From an uncultured Christensenellaceae bacterium (GTDB lineage Bacteria > Bacillota > Clostridia > Christensenellales > CAG-1252), in contig CAYJBY010000008.1 in the NCBI GenBank assembly GCA_964368645.1, forward strand, positions 47,249 to 111,248: 64,000 nt of DNA, written 5' to 3'. A program made the position numbers and the translations under genes. This document shows, piece after piece, positions 18,253 to 29,200 of the stretch (its first letter is position 1; every line of letters starts with the position of its first letter). The notes beneath the pieces are model-generated. The model searched no databases, was not told where the DNA came from, and saw only the letters and a list, made by a program, of their open reading frames with translations.

Positions 18253-18281
18253 TTGACAAACGCCCATAGCGGTTATATAAT
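18253..18281 (+). promoter_or_regulatory. Perfect consensus sigma-A promoter
   Basis: TTGACA (18253-18258), 17 nt, TATAAT (18276-18281). AAGGAGAG RBS before the 18310 start. Confidence 0.65.
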
Positions 18282-18309
18282 TGAGTTATAAAATAAAGGA
18301 GAGTGAATT

Positions 18310-19545
18310 ATGGCGGATTTTAACAAATTAATTGCCGAAAAAGACAAGAGCGCACGATATATGATCGACGAAATCACTCATATTTGCAGTGATTTTGAAA
18401 AGCGCGATCCGGGTAGCAAGGGCGAAAAGGACGCTTGCGAGTATATGGCAGGTGTTCTGAAGAACCAATGCGGCTGCGAAAAAGCGGACGTGGAACCCTT
18501 CAAGCTCAACCCCGGCTCGTTCTACGGGTGGATTTACATTACCTTTTCACTTATGTTCGCCGCGCTAATCTGCTATTTCTTCGTTCCGATAATCTCGGCG
18601 GTATTAATAGCTTTCGGCTGGTTAATCGCCATATTGCAGTTTGGACTTTACTTCAAGTTCGTTGACAAGCTTTTCCCCGAAAAGACTTCTCATAACGTCA
18701 CAGCCGTCAAAAAATGCTCGGGCGAAGTGAAACGCCGCATTTTCTTCAACGGACACCCCGACGCGGCTTACGAGTGGCCTATGAACTACAAGTTCGGCGG
18801 CGTAGGCTTTGAAGGTCACGCCATAGTCAGCGCGGTAGGCGCGGTGTATTACCTTGTTTTGTCCATCGTTGCCGCGGCAAACGGCAATATCGCAGGCGTA
18901 TTTGCGGACGGTCCTTTGTTCTGGTGCGCTATCGGCGGAATGATTTTTGTTATTCCCTGGTTCGGAATGTTCTTTATGTGGAATCCCAAACGCGTGGTGG
19001 ACGGCGCTAACGACAACCTCAGCGGCTGTTATATGGGTATCGCTCTTCTCAAGGCTCTTTACGATAACAAAATCGACCTCAAGCATACCGAGGTAGGCGT
19101 TATATTAACAGGCTCCGAGGAAGCAGGACTCAGAGGCACCAAGGCTTGGTGCGAACAGCATAAGGACGAGTATAAGGACGTGGAAACCTTGATTTTTTCC
19201 TACGATACCATTCACGATCCCAAGTTTTTGATGGTCAACTACCGCGACCTTAACGGCACCGTGGCGGCAGATAAGGAAGCTTCCGACCTCTTCTATCAGT
19301 GCGCTCAGGAGCTGGGTATTCATTGCTCCAAGGGTATGGTTCCCCCTCTTGGCGGAGCAACCGACAGCGCAGGCTTTGCACAGGGCGGTTTCCGTTCGGC
19401 AGGTATTACGGGACTCAATCACAATCTTGAAAATTATTACCACACCAGACGTGACGCGGCGGACAATATGAACGCCCAAGGCTTGGCTGACTGCTATGCA
19501 GTTACCGTTAAGGTACTGGAAACATTCGACGCCAAGAACGACTGA
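18310..19545 (+). CDS. M28-family membrane metallopeptidase (aminopeptidase-like)
   Basis: Motifs NGHPDAAYEW, DNLSGC, TGSEEAGLRGT and GGATDSAGF, with several internal TM helices. Confidence 0.7.
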   Translation: MADFNKLIAEKDKSARYMIDEITHICSDFEKRDPGSKGEKDACEYMAGVLKNQCGCEKADVEPFKLNPGSFYGWIYITFSLMFAALICYFFVPIISAVLIAFGWLIAILQFGLYFKFVDKLFPEKTSHNVTAVKKCSGEVKRRIFFNGHPDAAYEWPMNYKFGGVGFEGHAIVSAVGAVYYLVLSIVAAANGNIAGVFADGPLFWCAIGGMIFVIPWFGMFFMWNPKRVVDGANDNLSGCYMGIALLKALYDNKIDLKHTEVGVILTGSEEAGLRGTKAWCEQHKDEYKDVETLIFSYDTIHDPKFLMVNYRDLNGTVAADKEASDLFYQCAQELGIHCSKGMVPPLGGATDSAGFAQGGFRSAGITGLNHNLENYYHTRRDAADNMNAQGLADCYAVTVKVLETFDAKND

Positions 19546-19629
19546 TTATTACCTCTTGCGGCAAGCGCGGATTAAGTTTTGATGTGCGAATTTGCGCGTG
19601 CTTTGCTTAATGCGGAAATAGGGTTGATT

Positions 19630-19839
19630 ATGAGTAAATACGACGCCTTATGGCAATACCTTCAACAAAACGGCTCCCCTACCGTTGTATTATCCTTTGA
19701 GGATATAGCAAGGCTATCGGGAACCGAGTTGGATCACTCTTTTTTGAACTATAAAAAGGAGCTGACCGCGTACGGCTATACGGTTAAGCGCATATCCCTA
19801 AAGCTAAAGACGGTAATCTTCGACAAGCTAAAGGATTAA
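19630..19839 (+). CDS. Small conserved hypothetical protein (69 aa)
   Basis: Start moved to MSKYDALWQYLQQNG. This resembles a recurrent small Firmicute protein family of unknown function, as far as I recall. Confidence 0.5.
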   Translation: MSKYDALWQYLQQNGSPTVVLSFEDIARLSGTELDHSFLNYKKELTAYGYTVKRISLKLKTVIFDKLKD

Positions 19840-19892
19840 CGACTTGATTAACTGACCGACATTCAGATTGACCTGCAACTGATTTACAACTG

Positions 19893-19932
19893 ACAAAAAA
19901 GGCGGATACTTGTAATAGTAACCGCCTTTTTA
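19893..19932. terminator. Bidirectional rho-independent terminator
   Basis: A6-ggcgg...ccgcc-T5 lies between convergent genes. Confidence 0.6.
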
Positions 19933-20043
19933 TTATCCTTTTTTATAAAAATCTTTGTTTGGTTTTTCCGCTTTTTCCAGTTAGAGTCCGCTTTTCTTAA
20001 ATCAAGTTTAGATTTCCTCAATTAGATTCAGAGCATTGAAGTA

Positions 20044-21249
20044 TCAATTATCGTCGTTGCGCTTGTACAGCTTCGCCAAACCGCCGTCCGAGGTTTCCCT
20101 GTAGGCGCGGTTAAGGTCCTTGCCTGTTTCGTACATCGTGCGGATAATCGTATCCAAGGAGATTTTACGAGTGTAGGTCAAAAAGTCAGCCAGAGATACC
20201 GCGTTAATCGCTCTCATCGCCGCCACTGCGTTACGCTCGATACAAGGTATCTGCACCAAGCCGCAAACAGGATCGCAGGTCAAGCCCAAGTGATGCTCTA
20301 TTGCGATTTCCGCCGCGTACTCGATTTGATCAACGTCCAGCTCGAACAGCTCGCCTAAACCTGCCGCCGCCATAGCGCAAGCAGATCCGATTTCCGCTTG
20401 ACAGCCGCATTCCGCGCCGCTTATTGACGCGTTGGTCTTAATCAAATTACCGATTATACCTGCCGCCGCCAAGGCGCGGAGTACGCTCTCGTCGGACAAG
20501 CCGTGCTTTTTTTGCATATAGTACAGCACAGAGGGAAGAACGCCGCAGGAGCCGCAGGTAGGCGCGGTGACTATAGTGCCGCCGTATGCATTCTGCTCGC
20601 TGACAGCGAAAGCGTATGCGCAGACCAAGCGGTTCTCCATCGTCTCGGGAGTTTCGCCGATATGGTGCTGGTTATACAAAAACTTTGCCTTGCGCTCCAC
20701 GTCCAGTCCGCCGGGCAGAATGCCCTTGGCTTTTAACCCCTCTCTGATAGACGTTTTCATTGCAGTCCAAACGCCGCTAAGGTAGCTCTTAATTCCCGAC
20801 TCGGTATCGAAAACGTAGTCGGAAATACGGATTTCGTTATCCAAGCAGTATTCCTTAATCTCCGCAAAGCTGTTAAAGCCGTAGATTTCAGGCTCGCTTT
20901 CTCTGGGGCGCCCCTCTATCTCTATCGCGCCGCCGCCTACGGAATATACGCGCATTGCGGCGGTTCTGCCGTCGGAATAGGTCGCGGAAAAATCCATTGT
21001 GTTGGAATGAGGAAGGTCGTTTTGCTCCGTGTTGAAGATTATATTCGTATTTTCGCCCAATACGGATCTTAAAATTGTGTCCGTGCCGTGTCCTTTGCCT
21101 GTCTTCGCCAAGGAACCGTACAGCGTCACTGCATAACTGTCGGCTGACGGATTCTCCGCCAAAAACTTCTCCGCCGCAAACTGCGGTCCCATAGTGTGGG
21201 AACTGGACGGACCTCTGCCTATACGGTACAAATTTTTCAAGGATTTCAT
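20044..21249 (-). CDS. sdaA: Iron-sulfur L-serine ammonia-lyase (L-serine dehydratase), single-chain type
   Basis: Start moved to [22 protein letters not shown] (AGGAGG RBS). Cys-containing CGSCG and ECGCQAEIG cluster region. Confidence 0.85.
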   Translation of the reverse strand: MKSLKNLYRIGRGPSSSHTMGPQFAAEKFLAENPSADSYAVTLYGSLAKTGKGHGTDTILRSVLGENTNIIFNTEQNDLPHSNTMDFSATYSDGRTAAMRVYSVGGGAIEIEGRPRESEPEIYGFNSFAEIKEYCLDNEIRISDYVFDTESGIKSYLSGVWTAMKTSIREGLKAKGILPGGLDVERKAKFLYNQHHIGETPETMENRLVCAYAFAVSEQNAYGGTIVTAPTCGSCGVLPSVLYYMQKKHGLSDESVLRALAAAGIIGNLIKTNASISGAECGCQAEIGSACAMAAAGLGELFELDVDQIEYAAEIAIEHHLGLTCDPVCGLVQIPCIERNAVAAMRAINAVSLADFLTYTRKISLDTIIRTMYETGKDLNRAYRETSDGGLAKLYKRNDDN

Positions 21250-21527
21250 ACGTGCCTCCTGCAAACCATAGTTATTCTAACATAAACCGAGACGGATTTT
21301 TACATATAAATCGGAAATCTTAAAACTCTCTTTTCCGTTTCCTGTTTTGCGTGTTTATAATACCTTTTCCGTTTTAGGTTCAGCATAAAAATCCGTTCAA
21401 AAAACGGATTAAAAAACGCGCTCAAAAACAACCGCGGACTAATGTCGGCGATTGCTTTCGGTTCAAGATTAATACTGTAACGATTCGTTGTTTTTTCAAG
21501 ACGGTGTTAAATCCACACGTTGTAAAA

Positions 21528-21659
21528 AACGTATTGTTTTACCTAATAATAAGAAACGTATTGTTTTTCTTAATAAAAAGACTGGGATTGCTTTACTTTA
21601 TAAAAAAGCGTATTACCTTACCTAATAAAAAGACGATATTACCTTACTTAATATTTTTC
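21528..21659. repeat. Five degenerate direct repeats of about 24-28 nt (aCGTATTgyTTTACCTAATAAaAAG)
   Basis: Units start at 21528, 21554, 21581, 21609 and 21633. They are AT-rich and the last one overlaps the GNAT stop codon. Confidence 0.7.
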
Positions 21660-22165
21660 AAAAGTATGGCGCGTTTGACTCCGCCGTATTTCACCTTTTC
21701 GGAGACTACCTTGTAACCGCTTTTCTGAAAGTTAATCATACTGTAGCTGTTAATCGGAGAAACCGTGGCAAGAAGGAATTTGCTTCCGCACTCCTTCGCA
21801 CGGATTTCCAGCTCCTTCAAAAGCCGAAGCTGTAAGCCGTTACCTCTGAATATCGGACGAACGATAATTAATTTTACGTTAGCACCGTCAAAAACGCCCA
21901 TTCCCAGATCGTATGCCAGATTTTCCTTGCTTTCGCCTGCGTAAAGCAATATGCCGAAAGCCGCCAGCACGCCCTGATAAAACGCGCCTAATACTACGGA
22001 GGGAGCGTCAAAACACGGCAAAAGCGTTTCACGCGTGTTACGTCTTAATATCTCAGGGTTATCAATCAGCGCAAAAGCCTCTTCCTGTATCTCTAATATA
22101 GCGTCGATATAGGACAGGTCCAGTGCGCGAAAGACCAAATCCTGATTGTCAGCGTTTTTTTCCAT
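21644..22165 (-). CDS. GNAT-family N-acetyltransferase
   Basis: Acetyl-CoA motif VRPIFRGNGLQLRLLKELE. AAGGAGA RBS. Confidence 0.8.
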   Translation of the reverse strand: MEKNADNQDLVFRALDLSYIDAILEIQEEAFALIDNPEILRRNTRETLLPCFDAPSVVLGAFYQGVLAAFGILLYAGESKENLAYDLGMGVFDGANVKLIIVRPIFRGNGLQLRLLKELEIRAKECGSKFLLATVSPINSYSMINFQKSGYKVVSEKVKYGGVKRAILLKNIK

Positions 22166-22769
22166 TGTCGATTATCTCCTTGTAGGTCGTTTCGTCAACC
22201 TGCTTTTCCAGCGCGTATTCCTCGTGGAAACACACCTTTCCTATCTGCGTGCGGTACTCTGTCCACTTCTTTTCAAGCTTATATATGTTCTTAAAATTAC
22301 GGGGCGACTTAACCAGCTTAACCCTTTGGATATACGGATTGTGAACCGCTAGGAAAAATCTGTATCCGAAAAGGTCGTCAACCATTTCGATTTTCAAAAC
22401 GCCTCGCTCTATCAGCAGTTGAAAGGTCTCAAAAAAGGTTAAGTAATTGGATATTTTGGAATTGGGTAAGTCAATGTCGGGTAAATTCTCGAAATCGTAA
22501 TTCTCCAGTAAATCGTAGGTATCGCGGTAATCGGGATTGTTAACGAAATTGGTGTTAAGTCCTACCAAAAATTCCGCTTCGGCTATGTTTTTGGTGCGGC
22601 TCATCTCATAGCTTAGGGATACTACGCCCACCAAAGCCGTGGCTATCGTAAGAATTTGCGAAATGTCGATGGATTTGTCTTTTAATACCACAGCCGTTAC
22701 AATTGCGATAATAATAATCAGAACGGATAGAAGAATAACGTAATTAGGTTTCTTGATTTTGATTTTCAT
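22149..22769 (-). CDS. Membrane-anchored hypothetical protein (possibly DUF4760-like)
   Basis: Start moved to MKIKIKKPNYVILLSVLIIIIAI (GGAG RBS). Two N-terminal TM helices precede a soluble domain (NYLTFFETFQLLIERGVLKIEMVDDLFGYRF). Its 3' end overlaps the GNAT start by 17 nt. Confidence 0.55.
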   Translation of the reverse strand: MKIKIKKPNYVILLSVLIIIIAIVTAVVLKDKSIDISQILTIATALVGVVSLSYEMSRTKNIAEAEFLVGLNTNFVNNPDYRDTYDLLENYDFENLPDIDLPNSKISNYLTFFETFQLLIERGVLKIEMVDDLFGYRFFLAVHNPYIQRVKLVKSPRNFKNIYKLEKKWTEYRTQIGKVCFHEEYALEKQVDETTYKEIIDNGKKR

Positions 22770-23084
22770 AAGTAACTCCATTACCGATTGGGATAAAACA
22801 TTTTGTTAATGATAACATATTCCGTAGTGTTTTACAATGTTTTCCGTTAATTTCCCAAGGGAAATCCCAAAATCAGCCAGCGAATTTCGGTCTGAACTCA
22901 CGAACGAACGAAAGCCTTTCCCACAAGCTTCGGGCAATATTCACGCGCGGTATTTTCGATACGCCTACATAGGTTTACTTCACAGCGTTTGTAAAACGCG
23001 TTTCCGCGCAATACCCCCACCTCGTTACGCAAACCGAAACAAAAAAAGGAAGTGCTTAACTCCTGTTTTTAAGTTAATATTACC

Positions 23085-23390
23085 TCAATTACAGGGATAA
23101 TCGGAAAAATCCGCCGCCGATTCGGGTAGCACCGAGGCGAGCGTTCCGCCCCCTGCCAAAAACTCTTTTTCCTGCTTGGAAAGCTGTTTGAGAGCGTATT
23201 CCAGTTTTGACGCGCCGCCGCGCCCCGTTTCCGTCGCCCATACCCGAGCAAAACACACCGCGCCGTGAGTTTTGGTGTACTTGGAGGCAACCCCCGTAAC
23301 GTGCTGTTTCAGCCGTCTTTCGGGATTGGTGGTAATGCCGCTGTAAAGACTGCCGTCCTTGCATCTTAGCATATAGACGTAATAGGTCAT
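23085..23390 (-). CDS. GIY-YIG nuclease-family small protein (UPF0213/YhbQ-like)
   Basis: Start moved to MTYYVYMLRCKDGSLYSGITTNPERRLKQH. ATGA overlap with the ABC-F stop. Confidence 0.8.
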   Translation of the reverse strand: MTYYVYMLRCKDGSLYSGITTNPERRLKQHVTGVASKYTKTHGAVCFARVWATETGRGGASKLEYALKQLSKQEKEFLAGGGTLASVLPESAADFSDYPCN

Positions 23391-25285
23391 TCCGCGACCT
23401 CCTCCGACAGCCTCGTCCACTCCTCTATCAACGGCTCCTGCTCCTTGTGGAGTTGTTTAAGCTCGGTATCCGTTTCCGCGATTTTTTTGTAATCCGAAAA
23501 AATCTCGGGGTTCTCGCTCAAGCCGCGGTTAAGCTCCGCTATTTTGCCGTCTATAACAGCGATTTTTTCCTCCAGTACGGCTATGCGGTGCAGTTTTTTC
23601 GTCCGCTCCTTGCTTTCGGATACGGGCTTTTCCTTTTTTACGGTTTCCGCCGCGCGGACGGTGTTCTCCTCCTCGGTATCGGCAACCGCCGTTTTTTCGT
23701 ATTCGTCGTAGCCGCAGGGATAATATTGCACTCCATTACCGCCGAACACCAAAAGCCTGTCGCAAATCCTGTTGATAAAATATCTGTCGTGAGAAACCAC
23801 TATTACCGTACCGCTGTACGCAGACAGCATATTTTCAAGAGTTTCCTTCCCCACTATATCCAAGTGGTTGGTGGGCTCGTCTAACACCAGTACGTTAGGA
23901 CGGCGTTTGAAGATTTTGCACAGCGCAAGCCGTACCTTCTCTCCGCCCGATAAATCCTTGACGCTTTTGAAAACGTCGTCGCCGCTAAATAAAAACGCTC
24001 CTAAATCCGTTCTCGCTTCCGTTCCCGTAAGCTGAGGAAAAACCGAAAGATAATCCTCTAAAACGCTGTGCGCCGCAGTGGATTGAGTCAAGGTCTGGTC
24101 AAAATATCCCACGTTGGCGTGAAGACCGAAAAACACGTAGCCCGACAGAGGTCTTTGCCTGCCCATCAGGGTGCGGATAAGGGTGGATTTACCGCAGCCG
24201 TTACTGCCGATTACGCCGAGCTTACACCCTCTTTCAAGTATCATAGTCAGCTCGCCCAAGGGTTTGCCGTAGCCGAAAACAAGCTTTTCCGCAACCAAGG
24301 TTTCCCTAACCGTTTCCTCGGTGGGCTGAAAAGCGGTTTTGAAAGTGCGCATATCGTAGGAGGAGGGCATACCCACCTCGCCGATACGCTTGATTTGCGC
24401 CATTTTCGCCTGCGCCATTGCCGCCTTGTTAGCCTTATAACGAAAGCGGTCGACTACCTTTTGCAGACGGTCAATCTCCTTTTTGCGCATTACCGCGTCC
24501 TTAACCGCCTTTTCGTAGGCTTCCTTTTTCCGTTGAGTAAAAGCGGTATAGTTGCCTGCGTATCTTGCCGTTTCGCCATACTCGATTTCGTACACTACGT
24601 TGACTATTCTGTCCAAAAACATTCGGTCGTGGGATACGATAACGCAGGACTTTTTGTACTCTGCCAAGTAATGCTCCAGCCACTCGATCGCCTGTAAATC
24701 CAAATGGTTGGTCGGCTCGTCCAAAAGCAGTACGTCGGGCTTGGAAAGCAAGAGTTTCAGCAGTGCGATTTTCGTGCGCTGTCCTCCCGAAAACTCGTTG
24801 AGAGGCTTTGCCGCGTCCTCGTTGGTAAAACCGAATTTTTTTATCGCCGTCAGGTACTCTTTTTTGTAATAATAACCCCCTAATCGGTCGAACTCGTCGT
24901 GTAATGCGGAATATTTTTTTGCGTTTTGGAAAGAGCCGTCCGCCTGTACCGCCTGCAACGCCTCGTCCATCGCCTTTTCCAACGCGATAATATCGCCGTA
25001 TGCGTCCAGTATCTCGGCAAGCATAGTTTTGCCGTCGTACTCCGTAGCCGTTTGCTCCAAGTACCCCACCACGGGATTGCCGCTTTTGAAATATCCGAAT
25101 TTGTCCTCGCCTGCGCCGGGAATCAGCTCCACCGCGCCGGTCAGCACCTTAAGTAAGGTGGTTTTGCCGCAGCCGTTACGTCCGACGAGGGCGATTTTTT
25201 CCTTTTCCCTAACGTCAAAATTCACTTCGGTCAAAACCGGAGTGCCGTCATATTCCACTGCGCCGTTGATAATCGTAATCTGCAT
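23387..25285 (-). CDS. ABC-F family ATPase (two ABC cassettes, C-terminal coiled coil)
   Basis: Two Walker A motifs (GRNGCGKTT, GSNGCGKST) and two signature motifs (LSGGQRTK, LSGGEKVR). No TM domain. Confidence 0.9.
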   Translation of the reverse strand: MQITIINGAVEYDGTPVLTEVNFDVREKEKIALVGRNGCGKTTLLKVLTGAVELIPGAGEDKFGYFKSGNPVVGYLEQTATEYDGKTMLAEILDAYGDIIALEKAMDEALQAVQADGSFQNAKKYSALHDEFDRLGGYYYKKEYLTAIKKFGFTNEDAAKPLNEFSGGQRTKIALLKLLLSKPDVLLLDEPTNHLDLQAIEWLEHYLAEYKKSCVIVSHDRMFLDRIVNVVYEIEYGETARYAGNYTAFTQRKKEAYEKAVKDAVMRKKEIDRLQKVVDRFRYKANKAAMAQAKMAQIKRIGEVGMPSSYDMRTFKTAFQPTEETVRETLVAEKLVFGYGKPLGELTMILERGCKLGVIGSNGCGKSTLIRTLMGRQRPLSGYVFFGLHANVGYFDQTLTQSTAAHSVLEDYLSVFPQLTGTEARTDLGAFLFSGDDVFKSVKDLSGGEKVRLALCKIFKRRPNVLVLDEPTNHLDIVGKETLENMLSAYSGTVIVVSHDRYFINRICDRLLVFGGNGVQYYPCGYDEYEKTAVADTEEENTVRAAETVKKEKPVSESKERTKKLHRIAVLEEKIAVIDGKIAELNRGLSENPEIFSDYKKIAETDTELKQLHKEQEPLIEEWTRLSEEVAE

Positions 25286-25362
25286 AATTTTTCCGCTATG
25301 CCTTAAGGCATATTACCGTTTCGGGCTGTAAATCGTACCCCTTGCCTGCATGTTGCTTGTGG

Positions 25363-26130
25363 CTAGAGATTCTCCTTAAACTGCCGAAACTTTCTCGTTT
25401 CGTTCTTCAAATAAAGCGTCCTAACCAAAGGACAGAATTTCATAAGCTGAAAGCTAAAAGAAAACAGCTTGCTGGGATTAACGCTTTTCCTGCCTTTTTC
25501 CAATCCCTTAACCATACAAACGGCAACGCGCTTGGGGTTTTGCACGGGGAAAGGCTTGCGGAAAGGCTTTTCGTTGGCGACCTTGAAAAAAGCCGTATCG
25601 GTCGCTATCGGATACAAAGCCGTCAGCTTGAGATTATCGGGCATTTCCATTCGCAATGCTTCCAAAAAGCCGTTGAGAGCGAATTTTGTCGCAGAATAAA
25701 CGGCGTAACCCGTTACAGCCATTTTGCCTATGGCGGATACCGTCACCGCAAAATGTCCGTTCCTGCCGTTTAAGTGCTTGACGTACCGCTGATAAGAGTA
25801 CATAGGGGATAAAGTGTTGGTTTGGAACATCACGTCCACACGCTCCCAATCCAGATAATCGAACGCCTCGTAGTAGGGAAAGCCTGCGTTGGCATAGAAA
25901 ATATCTATCTTGCCAAGCTGTTTTTCCGCCTCGGCAAACACCGCCTCAACGCCCTCCGCGGTGCCTACGTTTTGACAGAACGGAATGACCTTTTCACCGA
26001 AGTCCGAAAGCTTATCGACGTTCTTGTCCACCGCAAGGATTTTGTTGTCGCCCTTAACCAATAGGTTAAGCACCTCGAAACCTATGCCGCTGTTCGCGCC
26101 TGTCAGCACAATCGTTTTACCTGTTATCAT
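25363..26130 (-). CDS. Short-chain dehydrogenase/reductase (SDR)
   Basis: TGANSGIG cofactor motif and YSATKFAL catalytic YxxxK. Confidence 0.85.
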   Translation of the reverse strand: MITGKTIVLTGANSGIGFEVLNLLVKGDNKILAVDKNVDKLSDFGEKVIPFCQNVGTAEGVEAVFAEAEKQLGKIDIFYANAGFPYYEAFDYLDWERVDVMFQTNTLSPMYSYQRYVKHLNGRNGHFAVTVSAIGKMAVTGYAVYSATKFALNGFLEALRMEMPDNLKLTALYPIATDTAFFKVANEKPFRKPFPVQNPKRVAVCMVKGLEKGRKSVNPSKLFSFSFQLMKFCPLVRTLYLKNETRKFRQFKENL

Positions 26131-26227
26131 AATCTTGTTCTCCTATCCTTTAAGTATTTTGCTATGAGTATTTTGCCGTATTTTACGCCAAAGCGATGCT
26201 CTGCCGCATCCGTATTCGGGCTTGCGG

Positions 26228-29200
26228 TCAGATGATTATTATCATTTCCGATTCGTTGTTATGGGTTAGATAAAGCCTGTCCTTGGCGAAAACCGCTAAC
26301 TCCTTAAGCTCCTTGGCATACCCCTCGTTGTTCAACTCGCGCAGAGTTTTGTAGAGCAGATAATCCACTACGCTTTTGTCAAGTTTGCCGCTTTCGGCGA
26401 TGGAAAGAGCCTCCGCAAGCGGTGCTTTTGCAAGCTGAAACCTTTTCGCCGCTATGCATTTGCGAGCCTTGGAAACCAGTGCGAACTGCAAGTCGGAGGA
26501 TATGCCGCCGATACTGTCGCGGTAGGTCTTGACGGCAAAATCGTAACAGGCAAGAGCCTCCTTAAAATCCTCGGTGCAATTAGCGAGATTGAGAGCGCAG
26601 TTAGCCGTATATACGTGATTTCTGCCCTGCTTACTCCGCTTGTACGCCAAGGTCTGCCTTAACTGCTCCACCGCACTTTTACCCTGCAAGCTGTACAGAC
26701 AGCCCAAATTATTGTACGAGGTCAAGCTGTAAATATGCGGACGTTTCGCCGCCGCTACGGGGCTGTTGTTCAGTTCTATGGACCGCTTGAAATAACTTTC
26801 CGCCGTGGCGTAATCTCCGCGCACCATCAGCATATTAGCGTAATTCTGCAAGCTCCAAGCCAGCTCAACGCCGCCGTCGCCGAAAAGTCTGCGGTGTATT
26901 TCGCAAGCGGTTTTTGCGGTTTCAAACGCCTCGTCGTAACGTCCGTAGGCGTAGAGATTGGGCCAGTAATAGCAATACGTCCAAGCGATTTCCGAGGAAA
27001 TCTCTCCGAAAAGGGTTAGCCTTATCCGTATCGCGTCCGAAAACAGCGCGTCGCCTTTTGACTGGCACCCTATCGTGTAGTAGCAGTTAGCCAAATTGCC
27101 CATTGCCCAAGAGGAATTGTAATCCTCGATTCCTTCCTTCCGATAATAGTCCACCACCTGCTCGTACAAGGAGATGGCTCTGTCTATATGCCCCATAGAG
27201 TTCTGTACGATAGCGGACATAAAGGTATGGCGCATCAGTCCGTAGGTATCCTCGGGGAAAAGCCTTTGCTGGAGCGCAATCAGCTCGTCGTAGGTTTTTT
27301 CCGCCAAGGCGTAGCGGTTGGTTGCCAGCTTATAGCGGCACCTTGCCAAATCCGCCGTCAAGGCAACCCTGTCCGCGTCCGAGCAGTCCTTATCGGCTAA
27401 AAAACCGTTGACTGCGCTTTCGCAGGCGGTGAAACAGCCCGACTGGCACAAAACTCCGCTTAGCGCGGTGCTTAAACCTCGTGTGGAATACTCCTTCAAT
27501 TCCGCAAGCAGAGCGGTTTGCAATTCGCCCTGTTTTTTCTGCAAATGATTAAAATATCCCACCAACGCCGTCCGCGCTCCGTCAACCAAGCAGGCGAAAT
27601 TCGCGGCGCGGGCAACTACGGACGTCAACGCGCCGTAGCGTTTGTCACGGTCGTAGGCAAAGCTAAGCTCCTCGGCACGGCGGCTTGCGGAAGCCTCCTC
27701 ACGACGGAAATAGCGTATTATCGCCCGTTGGGAAATGGCAACGTAATCCTTGCCGTCCTTTTGGGAGGATATATCAAGTAGTTTTTGCATTTCCGCGCGA
27801 ATTAGGTCGTGTCCTATGAACAATATGCCGTTCTGCTCGTAAACGTAGTTTTCCAAAGTGGAATAAAGAGAAACCCAAGCCAAGGGCGGGATTTTGGCGA
27901 TACTCATCATCTCGTTTTCGCTTACACCGCGGTAGGAGTACAGGAGCAAGCCGAAAGCCTTGGCTATATCAGAGGAGCGAAGTCCTCTTTCCTTGAAGTA
28001 CGCGCACAGGCGGTCGTAGGCGTTGGAAAACAGCTCCCCGAAGGTGCTGTAACCCGTCAAACACTTGAAATAGTCCGCAAAAGACTCGTACTGACCGTGA
28101 ACCCTAAGCTCGTCCAAGAGAGCCGTCAAAAACAGCGGATTGGCACAGGACGCGTTATCCGCTATAAGCTCCAGCTCGGCGGCGGTGAGGTTCTTGCCGT
28201 AGAAGGACAGCAATTCCCGCGATACTCTGCGGATTTGCGGCTTGGTCAGCAAGGGCATCTCGTATGCCGCGCCGCATAAGCCTTGTGGCTTGGTAACGCC
28301 GCTCAGCACCACGGTCAGCTTGGGATTGAGCTTCGACAGCTCCCCGAAAAGCACCGCAGGGCTTACCTTGGATATAAGCTGCTCCGACGCGTCTATAAAC
28401 AGATATATCGGTTCTTCGGTTTTCAATCCCGAAATCAGTTCCTTAACCGCCGTTTGGATATTGTCGGCAGGAACGGGAGTTATACCGAAGGTTTCGGTTA
28501 GGTTAAGATATATTCGGCGGAAAAGAGCGTCCACCGCTCTGCTGTCGCCCCCTGCCGAAACGTAATGAAAGAACACGTTGCGGTTTTTGTCCTCGCCCAT
28601 CTGCTTGATAAGGTAGGACATAAAAGCGGATTTTCCCGTACCCTTGCCGCCGTATATAAACACGTCGTTGCCGTCCTCTAACTGCCGCGTTACCTTTTGA
28701 ACGAAGGTCAAAGAGGGCGCGTATCTGGAGCAGTACCGTTTCAGCAAATTAAGGTGCGTGTAATACGCCGCGTCACCGTAAGGTATCACGGGTACGTTAG
28801 GGAAAAGGTTGTCTATATGCTTTTTCAGAGCCTCGTAGGTGTTGCGCTCAAAATCCTCTAGGTTATCGTAATTCTCGGCGTGACAGCGCGCGTCCTTTTT
28901 GATGCACTCGCGCAGGTCGGTAAGATGCTTGTCTTCCTTGTCGCCGCCGTTTGCGCCCCTTAACTGGAAGGACGCTCTCACAGGCACGGTTTGAGAAAGC
29001 ACGCCTGCACGCATTTCCATCTCCGTAATACTGACGCAGGAAGAAGTCAGCTTGCCTATCGCCTTTTTGTAGGATGCAGGAAGCTTGGCGTATTGGGCTT
29101 CGTTCGTTACGTAACCGTACCGTCCGCCCAGTATTCCGAGGAAAAACGGTTTACAGCGCAGTACCTCGCCGATACAAATTTCCAGCGCGAGTCCGTTATC

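Noticed and set aside
21504-21716. The 70-aa ORF rich in Leu/Ile/Lys/Phe.
   Set aside because: It is simply the translation of the AT-rich iteron-like repeats, has no RBS and overlaps the GNAT 3' end.
23387-25285. ABC-F antibiotic-resistance (ARE) determinant.
   Set aside because: ARE and housekeeping ABC-F proteins cannot be told apart by eye. The long C-terminal coiled coil and the housekeeping neighbours favour a Uup/YdiF-type translation factor. It is left as generic ABC-F.
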